Source: an uncultured Pseudomonadota bacterium
GTDB lineage: Bacteria; Pseudomonadota; Alphaproteobacteria; Rs-D84
NCBI GenBank assembly: GCA_947307295.1
Contig: CAMZIQ010000001.1
Span: forward strand, 40,968-104,967
Direction: 5' to 3'
Length of the DNA stretch: 64,000 bases
In this document: piece by piece, positions 40,412 through 47,471 of the stretch
Layout: the number at the start of each line of letters is the position of its first letter
Numbering within the stretch: position 1 is the stretch's first letter
Notes under the pieces: model-generated
Seen by the model: only the letters and a program-made list of their open reading frames with translations
What the model was told of the DNA's origin: nothing
The model's database searches: none
Position numbers and translations under genes: made by a program

Positions 40412-41269
40412 TTATTTCCAAAACATTTTGCATATAGGTATGCACTCGAATAACACAATCCAATTATTTTTAATCTTTACCAATGGGATAAATCCAAACA
40501 AACGCAATCTAAATTGAGTTCCTGGAACCATCATTTTTGATGCCACACGACGATATTCAGGATATTTAGATGATATTTCCATACGAATATTTGCAGCAGC
40601 CTCTTCACGAGCATCATTCATACGCTTAGACGTATTATTTTCAAACCATCTGTAATGAATTAAAATTTCTTGAAAATTATAAAAATGAGTCACTTCCATC
40701 AAACGTGTCCACAAACGATAATCTTCAGCCGGGGTATAAAATTCTTCATATTCAATATTATTATCAACCAAAACAGATTTACGTATCATTGATGCAGAAT
40801 GTATCACGAAACAATTTTCAGTCAGATGAACACGAATCTGCGAATCCATTTCAGGAGTTTTACATAAATCATCATAATTATCCCCAAAATAATGAGCCCA
40901 ACCAGACACAACACCAATATGTGGATGAGAATCCAGATATGCAACTTCTTTTTCCAAACGTTCTGGCACAGATACATCATCATGGTCGAATATAGCCAAA
41001 TATTCCCCCGCAGCCATTTTCACCAACCTATTCCGCGAAGGCGTAATCCCCATATTTTTTGTATTTTTTATATATTTTACACGTTTATCTTTTTTAGCAT
41101 AATCTTTGACAATCTTTTCAATTTCTTTATTATCAGGGCTGTCATTTAAAATCAAAAATTCAAAATCTGTAAAAGTCTGATTTAAAATAGATTCAATCAT
41201 TTCACGCAAATGCGTTGGATTAGTATTATAAATCGGCGTTAAAACAGATACTTTTGGTGCTTTTGGCAT
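40412..41269 (-). CDS. family 2 glycosyltransferase
   Basis: VSVLTPIYN, ILNDSPDN and AIFDHDDV (DxD) GT2-A motifs. Confidence 0.85.
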   Translation of the reverse strand: MPKAPKVSVLTPIYNTNPTHLREMIESILNQTFTDFEFLILNDSPDNKEIEKIVKDYAKKDKRVKYIKNTKNMGITPSRNRLVKMAAGEYLAIFDHDDVSVPERLEKEVAYLDSHPHIGVVSGWAHYFGDNYDDLCKTPEMDSQIRVHLTENCFVIHSASMIRKSVLVDNNIEYEEFYTPAEDYRLWTRLMEVTHFYNFQEILIHYRWFENNTSKRMNDAREEAAANIRMEISSKYPEYRRVASKMMVPGTQFRLRLFGFIPLVKIKNNWIVLFECIPICKMFWK

Positions 41270-41384
41270 TGGCTTTCCTTTGTTATATTTATAAAAAATA
41301 GGATAATATTATTGTGCCATAAAAATAGATAATAGCAAGATGTTTATTTTATAAATGATGAAAAAAACACAGTTGCGCCAAGCA

Positions 41385-41430
41385 CAATTCACGAACCAAC
41401 ATAATCAAAATCAGACAAGAGATTGATGAA
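41385..41430. repeat. island repeat part 2, copy A (caattcacgaaccaacataatcaaaatcagacaagagattgatgaa)
   Basis: 46-nt element, 70–85% identical to copies at 41894, 42557 and 43336. Confidence 0.7.
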
Positions 41431-41453
41431 TTTGTTTTAAAATATTATCAGCG

Positions 41454-41798
41454 TTATTTTTTACGCCCTCTACCCCCGTCTAATAAAACGATGTGTGTTT
41501 CAATCATCCCGCTTTTCATACGTCTACGTGCTACCGTAAAACCTCGTTCATAAGATCTTTGAAAATTTTTCAATATGTTTTCAATGTTACCAATTTCAAT
41601 TATACTGCGAACCGCGTTGTTATATCCTGGTTTCTCGGTTGGCCCAATAGAAAGAACTTTTTCCACATGCCACTTTACAGCACTAATTTCCTGATCAGTC
41701 AATGTGCGTCCCAAACCTTCATTTTTTAAGCTTGTCAGCGATAAATTTTGTTTTTTCATTGAATCATTTGCTTTTTGCAATTCTTTATTGGCATCCAT
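41454..41798 (-). CDS. hypothetical protein (114 aa)
   Basis: ORF flanked by island repeats A and B; no recognisable motif. Confidence 0.45.
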   Translation of the reverse strand: MDANKELQKANDSMKKQNLSLTSLKNEGLGRTLTDQEISAVKWHVEKVLSIGPTEKPGYNNAVRSIIEIGNIENILKNFQRSYERGFTVARRRMKSGMIETHIVLLDGGRGRKK

Positions 41799-41893
41799 AA
41801 TTTATCCTTTTTTATATTATTACACCCCTATTATATAACACAAAAAAACATATTGTCAATATTTATTTAAAAAATTCACTTTCGCCACCTATG

Positions 41894-41939
41894 CAATTCA
41901 CGAGCCGATATAATCAAAATCGGAAAAGAGATTGATGAA
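41894..41939. repeat. island repeat part 2, copy B
   Basis: caattcacgagccgatataatcaaaatcggaaaagagattgatgaa. Confidence 0.7.
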
Positions 41940-41975
41940 ATGAAAGACACATTAAACCTGCCAAATTTAATTTGA

Positions 41976-42491
41976 TTACGGAATAAATGTTTCAATATAT
42001 TTCCAACCGTTTTCATCTAAAACGAAATGAAAACATTGGGCATTTTGAATACCGTCAACTTTATGTCCGCACGCCCAACATAGTGCACGTGTTACGCCAC
42101 CATGAGAAGCAATCGCAATATTTTCATGTTTATCTGTCTTAACAATTTGTTCTAGGTAATTTTTTATAAGTTTGAAATTATCGTTTATTTGCTTTTTCTT
42201 TTCTTCGTCTTCAACATCCCAAAACCAAAATATCGCTTCTTTGAGGGCGTCATTGGTTACAATTTTGATATCTGTACCATTTGTGATTGCAATTTTTGCG
42301 GTATCTATTGCACGTCTGTAAGGACTTGAATAAACAATCTGAATATTTTTATCTTTAAAAAATTCGTGCAACTTGGTTGCCTGTATAACACCTAAATCTG
42401 TCAACCAAGCATCAATACCTGTGCCATACCGAACACCAACTTCGTTTTCATTTGTTTGTCCATGCCTGAAAAAATAAAAATGCCTTTCCAT
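41976..42491 (-). CDS. histidine phosphatase family protein (PGAM/SixA-like)
   Basis: RHGQT catalytic motif at the N-terminus and …ASHGG…; 171 aa. Confidence 0.8.
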   Translation of the reverse strand: MERHFYFFRHGQTNENEVGVRYGTGIDAWLTDLGVIQATKLHEFFKDKNIQIVYSSPYRRAIDTAKIAITNGTDIKIVTNDALKEAIFWFWDVEDEEKKKQINDNFKLIKNYLEQIVKTDKHENIAIASHGGVTRALCWACGHKVDGIQNAQCFHFVLDENGWKYIETFIP

Positions 42492-42523
42492 GAAATAACC
42501 TTTTCAAAAATTATATCACAACA

Positions 42524-42600
42524 GTTCGAATATGACAAATTTTCGATATTTTACATGATTCACAAACCACCATAATCAAAATCAAACAAGAAATAATAGA
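42524..42600. repeat. island repeat copy C (truncated part 1 fused to part 2)
   Basis: gttcgaatatgacaaattttcgatatttt followed by gattcacaaaccaccataatcaaaatcaaacaagaaataataga. Confidence 0.65.
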
Positions 42601-42614
42601 TTTCAAAAACAAAT

Positions 42615-42623
42615 TTATGGTAT
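42615..42623 (+). promoter_or_regulatory. extended -10 promoter (TGgTATAAT) for the NlpC/P60-like gene
   Basis: tggtataat 11 nt upstream of the ATG at 42634. Confidence 0.4.
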
Positions 42624-42633
42624 AATATAGAAT

Positions 42634-43206
42634 ATGCAAACAAATATAGATTTCTTTAACAATTTGTTCCGACAGGACTTCGTTTCTGAATACAATCATT
42701 CTAATTATATTGATAAATTTGGTGGTAAAAATTTCTTTCATATGGATTGCAGCGGTTTCGTTTATTGGTGCTTGGCACAAATGGGTTATAAACGGGCGTT
42801 GGTTGAATTGAAAAATTTTTTAAAAGAAAACGATTTTATAAAAATAAATAGATTTTTCTGTAAAGACTTTGCATTTATTCATGAACATAAAAATAAATTA
42901 ACCTATTGGGATTTCATGGACAGACCTATTTCTGGTTCTATTATGGTTGTTGTATTTCCTGATGGTAATGGTCATTGTATGTTTATTGATAACATCATCG
43001 ATAATAATAAAACTAAACTATGTTTGTGGGTGATTGATTCTACCCAATACCCACATAAAAGCGACACCAGAACAGATGAAGAAACAGGCATAGGTATTGG
43101 CGAAATTGAAATAACAACTAAAAACGGCGATTGGTTCTATGATTCTGGCAACAAATCATTACCAATAAGAAAAGCAGAAATATATTTTATATCACCCAAA
43201 AAATAA
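42634..43206 (+). CDS. NlpC/P60-like (papain-fold) cysteine peptidase/amidase-like protein
   Basis: DCSGFVYWC catalytic-Cys motif with a downstream His (GNGHCMFID); 190 aa. Confidence 0.5.
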   Translation: MQTNIDFFNNLFRQDFVSEYNHSNYIDKFGGKNFFHMDCSGFVYWCLAQMGYKRALVELKNFLKENDFIKINRFFCKDFAFIHEHKNKLTYWDFMDRPISGSIMVVVFPDGNGHCMFIDNIIDNNKTKLCLWVIDSTQYPHKSDTRTDEETGIGIGEIEITTKNGDWFYDSGNKSLPIRKAEIYFISPKK

Positions 43207-43209
43207 AAA

Positions 43210-43382
43210 GTTTGAAAATGACAATTTTTTGATATTTTTCCAAAACAAAACTTTCGAACTCGGTGAAAGTATTAGCAAACAAATAAAAAACCGCCCTGAA
43301 ACGAACGATTGTCTATCTTGGTTGTGCTATCTGTGCAATTTGCGAGCCTATATCATCAAAACTGGACAAGAGATTAATGAAG
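43210..43382. repeat. island composite repeat copy D (part 1 palindrome, degenerate tRNA-3'-end-like segment, part 2)
   Basis: gtttgaaaatgacaattttttgatatttttccaaaacaaaactttcgaactcggtgaaag … tcttggttgtgctatctgtg … caatttgcgagcctatatcatcaaaactggacaagagattaatgaa. Confidence 0.7.
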
Positions 43383-43427
43383 CGAAAGACAAACTAGGAC
43401 TCTGATTAAATAATATTTGTTTAGTAA

Positions 43428-44015
43428 TTATTTACCCTTGTATTCACTTACCAGTTTAGAAAAAATCAAATGATCTGTCCATTTACCGTTGGATAGTTTC
43501 GCATATTCTCTTAAACGGCCATCCAAATGATACCCACTGCTTAAAATAGATTTTAGTGACCTTTCATTGTTTTCCATACATTGACGACTCATACGGTGTA
43601 TTTTTAAATCGTTGAATGTGATTTTTTCCAAAAGATTATGGATTTCATGATTAAAACCATGACCCCATGCTGATTTAACAAACCAAACATTACCTGGGTT
43701 AACAGTATCATTTTCTTTATTATACGAAACGCCATGAAAGCCGATCAATTTACCACCATGAAACACATACCATAAAACCCCATTGAATTTAAATGCTTCT
43801 GCGTAATTTTTCATTGTTTCAAATGTTTCATCCAATGATTCTGGCAAAGGTTTATCATATTTTGGTGAATAATGTATAAAAGCAAAATCTTCTGGATTTT
43901 CATTTTTAATTGCTTCCCACACCAGTTCAGCATTTTGCATTGTTGGTTCAAGAATACGAAGTTCCAATCTTTCTGTTTTGTGATTTTTTTTGAAGAATTT
44001 AAAAAACTTTTCCAT
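43428..44015 (-). CDS. GNAT family N-acetyltransferase (RimJ/RimL-like)
   Basis: GNAT fold pattern (…VLWYVFHGGKLIGFHGV…NPGNVWFV…); 195 aa. Confidence 0.75.
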   Translation of the reverse strand: MEKFFKFFKKNHKTERLELRILEPTMQNAELVWEAIKNENPEDFAFIHYSPKYDKPLPESLDETFETMKNYAEAFKFNGVLWYVFHGGKLIGFHGVSYNKENDTVNPGNVWFVKSAWGHGFNHEIHNLLEKITFNDLKIHRMSRQCMENNERSLKSILSSGYHLDGRLREYAKLSNGKWTDHLIFSKLVSEYKGK

Positions 44016-44030
44016 ATTATCACCTTTTTA

Positions 44031-44801
44031 TTATTTTTCCGCTTCTGCTATTTTTTTACGTAATTCAGGTTCGTTTTGCTGAACAAAATTATATGACTTT
44101 TCCATAAAATCGTATATGTCTTTACGTTCCAGATATAACTTTTTCATAGTATCAAACAGCAATTTTCCATTTATTTCCATCTCATAAAAATATGAATATG
44201 CTATGTGTTTTGGTTGCTTAACCAAATTTCCAATTTCGGAATTACGAATTATGGTTTCAACAACTATTTCCGATAAAACCCATTTCAAATGTGGGGTATC
44301 ATATTCGTCAGGATTGTCTTTGAAGTATTCGTGCCAAATATAAAACCAAACAAAATGTGTTATTTCATGCAATGCAGCAAATATCGCGTATTCTGGCTCG
44401 AACTTATAGAAAACATCAAAAGTGTATTCTTGTACATTTCGGGGACAAACAGGGTCTAATCCAACGAAACCTACCATATCATTCAAAATTTTTGTACAAT
44501 CATACCCAAAAGTTGATGAATACGCTTGATTTAACTTTTTTGCTACTGGTATCCAATTCGTTTGAAACATTTTTATTGAATTCTGTATATCGTCAGAGTG
44601 CAAAACCGATAATTTTTCCATTTCTTTTCGTATATATTTCAAACGTTCAGATTCTGGTAATTTTCTTGCATATTCGTAATTTAAAGACGGAAACACTTCA
44701 AAAAGCCGTTTAGACCACCAAGCTGGTTTATCATCTTGCTGTAAAAACAAAATAAAATCCAAATCCTCTTCAAAATCTTTTTGTTTCCAAGTTAGTTGCA
44801 T
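44031..44801 (-). CDS. hypothetical protein with an HExxH motif (putative zinc-dependent hydrolase), 256 aa
   Basis: ALHEITHFVWF contains HEITH; 16 nt upstream of the GNAT gene (probable operon). Confidence 0.45.
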   Translation of the reverse strand: MQLTWKQKDFEEDLDFILFLQQDDKPAWWSKRLFEVFPSLNYEYARKLPESERLKYIRKEMEKLSVLHSDDIQNSIKMFQTNWIPVAKKLNQAYSSTFGYDCTKILNDMVGFVGLDPVCPRNVQEYTFDVFYKFEPEYAIFAALHEITHFVWFYIWHEYFKDNPDEYDTPHLKWVLSEIVVETIIRNSEIGNLVKQPKHIAYSYFYEMEINGKLLFDTMKKLYLERKDIYDFMEKSYNFVQQNEPELRKKIAEAEK

Positions 44802-44845
44802 TGTACCAATCCTTTAATAGCTGTAGTACGATTGTATCACAAAAA

Positions 44846-45010
44846 GTTCGAAAATGCCAAAAAATTGCGATTTTTCAAAATTAAACTTTCGAACTCGATG
44901 AAAAACTTGCGATTCCAACAAAAACCGCACTTATGGACGGTTATGTAAACTATGGTTGGGGTACACGGTGCCTTGATACACAATAATAAAAATCAAAAAA
45001 ATCTCCAGTT
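44846..45010. repeat. island composite repeat copy E (part 1 palindrome, exact 16-nt tRNA-Gln 3'-end repeat, degenerate part 2)
   Basis: gttcgaaaatgccaaaaaattgcgatttttcaaaattaaactttcgaactcgatgaaaaac … tggttggggtacacgg … cacaataataaaaatcaaa. Confidence 0.7.
44953..44968. repeat. exact 16-bp direct repeat of the tRNA-Gln 3' end (tggttggggtacacgg); att-like
   Basis: Identical to 45195-45210, which is the reverse complement of the tRNA 3' terminus including CCA. Confidence 0.8.
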
Positions 45011-45156
45011 GTCGATTTTTTAATATTTTTCTAATTGTCTATCTGCGTACTCGCTCGCCCCCATTACAATGGTGGCTGCGCGGCAATCGTAACGATTTTG
45101 TTTTACAAAATCTACTGCTTGTCGAACCTGCGATTCTCGTCTCGTTATCACCAAAA

Positions 45157-45186
45157 CCAAAAATTAAAACCCCCACAAGGGGTGTT
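45157..45186 (-). terminator. hairpin plus T-run immediately downstream of the tRNA-Gln 3' end
   Basis: On the minus strand: aaacaccccttgtggggg followed by ttttaatttt. Confidence 0.5.
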
Positions 45187-45194
45187 TAAATTCT

Positions 45195-45268
45195 TGGTTG
45201 GGGTACACGGACTCGAACCGCGATATACAGAGTCAGAGTCTGCTGTTCTACCATTAAACTATACCCCA
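45195..45268 (-). tRNA. tRNA-Gln (anticodon CUG)
   Basis: Hand-folded cloverleaf: 7-bp acceptor with a U1:A72 pair typical of bacterial tRNA-Gln (UGGGGUA…UACCCCA), D-arm GUUU/GAAC, anticodon loop CUCUGAC, T-arm CGCGG-UUCGAGU-CCGUG, discriminator A, encoded CCA. Confidence 0.85.
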
Positions 45269-45304
45269 ATTCAGCCCTATATTATATATGTATTATTTGT
45301 TTTT

Positions 45305-46030
45305 TCAATCAAATATTTTCAAATCTTTAAAGTCATTATGGCTGGCTTTTGGAATTAATTTTATATCTGTTTCATCTGCCCACGTTTTTGCTAATTCATA
45401 TGGTACAACATCATCACGTTCACCAACAAAATGGGTTTGTGCAACGGCTGGCAAAGTTTCCATATTCAAAGATTCATCTAGCGGTTCATCACCAAAATAT
45501 TCTGTCCATTTTTTATGATTTAAAACCCCAGCAATCGTTATCCATTTTTCAAAATTCATTTTTGGATTTTGTTTTATAATCAGACCAGAAACCATCGCAC
45601 CACCAGAATATCCAATAATCGTTATTTTTTTATTTTTCGCGATTTGCTTAATCACCCTGCTTTCTGCATCTATGACTTTCTGTGAAAATCGCCCATCTGT
45701 CCAATCTGATTCGTTACAATTTTTATCCATTATAAATTGGCAAGGTCTTGCAACATAAACAACGTTTTCAAAATTATCAGCCACAGCTAAATCTCGCACA
45801 AAAGTTCCACGTGGTGTTGGATTACTTGTCGGTTGACCGTATGAATCAAAAGCATATCCATCGCCTTCGATATAAACATGAATTTGATTATTTTCAGGAT
45901 TATTTATTTTCTGCCAAGTTGCGATTTTATAAGAATCTGTTTGCACTGGTACATATTGAAAGTCATCTGGCGCAACCCAGTTTGCGCCTGCACATCCAGA
46001 CAAAAAAAGAATCAAAAACAATTTTTTCAT
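45305..46030 (-). CDS. lipoprotein with an alpha/beta-hydrolase (esterase/lipase-like) fold
   Basis: Lipobox LFLILFLSGC and GxSxG nucleophile motif IIGYSGGAMV. Start at MKKLF. Confidence 0.6.
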   Translation of the reverse strand: MKKLFLILFLSGCAGANWVAPDDFQYVPVQTDSYKIATWQKINNPENNQIHVYIEGDGYAFDSYGQPTSNPTPRGTFVRDLAVADNFENVVYVARPCQFIMDKNCNESDWTDGRFSQKVIDAESRVIKQIAKNKKITIIGYSGGAMVSGLIIKQNPKMNFEKWITIAGVLNHKKWTEYFGDEPLDESLNMETLPAVAQTHFVGERDDVVPYELAKTWADETDIKLIPKASHNDFKDLKIFD

Positions 46031-46113
46031 ATACCTAATATTTACATTTTTACAAAAATCAGTCAACAATGATGGAAAACTAAAATTTTTGTGTTATAAT
46101 CGCACCCGTTGAG

Positions 46114-46122
46114 TAAAAGATT
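46114..46122 (+). promoter_or_regulatory. extended -10 promoter (TGtTATAAT) for the DUF1015 gene
   Basis: tgttataat 23 nt upstream of the ATG at 46146. Confidence 0.4.
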
Positions 46123-46145
46123 ATACAAAAACAAAAGGAATTATT

Positions 46146-47384
46146 ATGAAAATAAAACCATTTGCAGGTGTAAGACCACCAAAAGATTTAGCAAAAGAAG
46201 TCGCATCACGTCCTTATGACGTTTTGAATTCTGTTGAAGCAAAGACTGAAGCTGGTGAAAAATCTTTATTGCACATTATTAAACCAGAAATTGATTTTGA
46301 CCCAATTGCCGATGAACACGAACAAAAAACTTATGACAAAGCTGTTGAAAATTTCAAAAAATGGCAAGAACGTGGCTGGCTGACCCAAGACGACAAAGAA
46401 ATGTATTACATCTATGCACAAACTATGGATGGTCGCACTCAATATGGTTTGGTAGCCGCAGCAAATGTTGATGATTACATGACCGGCAAAATTAAAAAAC
46501 ACGAATTAACCAGAAAAGAAAAAGAAGACGATCGTATGATTCACGTTCGTATTCAAAATGCTAATTTGGAACCTGTGTTCTTTGCTTATCCTGATGTTGC
46601 TGAAATGAATGATTTGGTTTCTGATTGGATTGCAAAACACGAACCAGAATATGACTTTGTTGCAGAAGATGGATTTGGTCATACTTTCTGGAAAATTGAT
46701 GACGATGCAACAAATGCTCGCATCACAGAAATTTTTGCAAAAGTTCCTGCGTTTTATGTTGCAGACGGTCACCACAGAACCGCAGCTGCTGCACGTGTTG
46801 GTGCTGAAAAACGTGAACAAAACCCAAATCACACAGGCAACGAAGAATATAACTATTTCTTGGCTGTAATTTTCCCAGAAAGCCAATTACACGTTATCGA
46901 CTATAACCGCGTAGTCAAAGATTTAAACGGATTGTCTGCTGATGAATTTATCGAAAAATTGCGTGAATCTTTTGAAGTAAAAGAAATGGGTTCAGAAATT
47001 TACCATCCAAATAAACTACACAACTTTTCTATGTATCTGGATGGCAAATGGTATTCTTTGACAGCCAAAGCTGGGACTTATAATGACAACGATCCAATCG
47101 GCGTTTTAGACGTGACAGTATTATCCAATTTGGTGTTTGACAAGATATTGAATTTGGGTGATTTGCGCACATCAAAACGCATTGACTTTGTCGGTGGAAT
47201 TCGCGGTCTTGGCGAATTGAAAAAACGCGTAGATTCTGGTGAAATGGTTGTTGCGTTTGCTTTGTACCCTGTGACAATGCGTCAAATTATTGACATTGCA
47301 GACACAGGCAACATTATGCCTCCAAAGACAACTTGGTTTGAACCAAAATTACGTAGTGGTTTGGTAATTCACAAATTATCATAA
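46146..47384 (+). CDS. DUF1015 family protein (412 aa)
   Basis: N-terminal MKIKPFAGVRPPKDLAKEVASRPYDVLNSVEA matches the DUF1015 signature as recalled; typical length. Confidence 0.65.
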   Translation: MKIKPFAGVRPPKDLAKEVASRPYDVLNSVEAKTEAGEKSLLHIIKPEIDFDPIADEHEQKTYDKAVENFKKWQERGWLTQDDKEMYYIYAQTMDGRTQYGLVAAANVDDYMTGKIKKHELTRKEKEDDRMIHVRIQNANLEPVFFAYPDVAEMNDLVSDWIAKHEPEYDFVAEDGFGHTFWKIDDDATNARITEIFAKVPAFYVADGHHRTAAAARVGAEKREQNPNHTGNEEYNYFLAVIFPESQLHVIDYNRVVKDLNGLSADEFIEKLRESFEVKEMGSEIYHPNKLHNFSMYLDGKWYSLTAKAGTYNDNDPIGVLDVTVLSNLVFDKILNLGDLRTSKRIDFVGGIRGLGELKKRVDSGEMVVAFALYPVTMRQIIDIADTGNIMPPKTTWFEPKLRSGLVIHKLS

Positions 47385-47402
47385 AAGGCTTACATAAACA
47401 AA

Positions 47403-47427
47403 CACCCGCGATTGCGGGTGTTTTTTT
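47403..47427 (+). terminator. rho-independent terminator
   Basis: cacccgcgattgcgggtg hairpin plus TTTTTTT. Confidence 0.7.
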
Positions 47428-47471
47428 ATAATTCTTTGTAATAAATATTTTTTCATCACAAAATCACACAT

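Noticed and set aside
41880-41975. Conserved peptide frame across the part-2 repeats as remnants of a duplicated gene's C-terminus
   Set aside because: There is no in-frame start, there are upstream stops, and substitutions are not biased to synonymous positions. DNA-level conservation is more parsimonious.
41385-43382. Interpretation of the repeated 46-nt element as integron attC sites
   Set aside because: No intI-like integrase or attI is present in the window. I could not identify canonical R''/L''/L'/R' core sites (RYYYAAC / GTTRRRY). The analogy to cassette arrays is kept only as a hypothesis.
45035-45358. 107-aa plus-strand ORF spanning the tRNA-Gln locus
   Set aside because: It overlaps the tRNA gene and the att-like repeats. 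It is a spurious ORF in a non-coding region.
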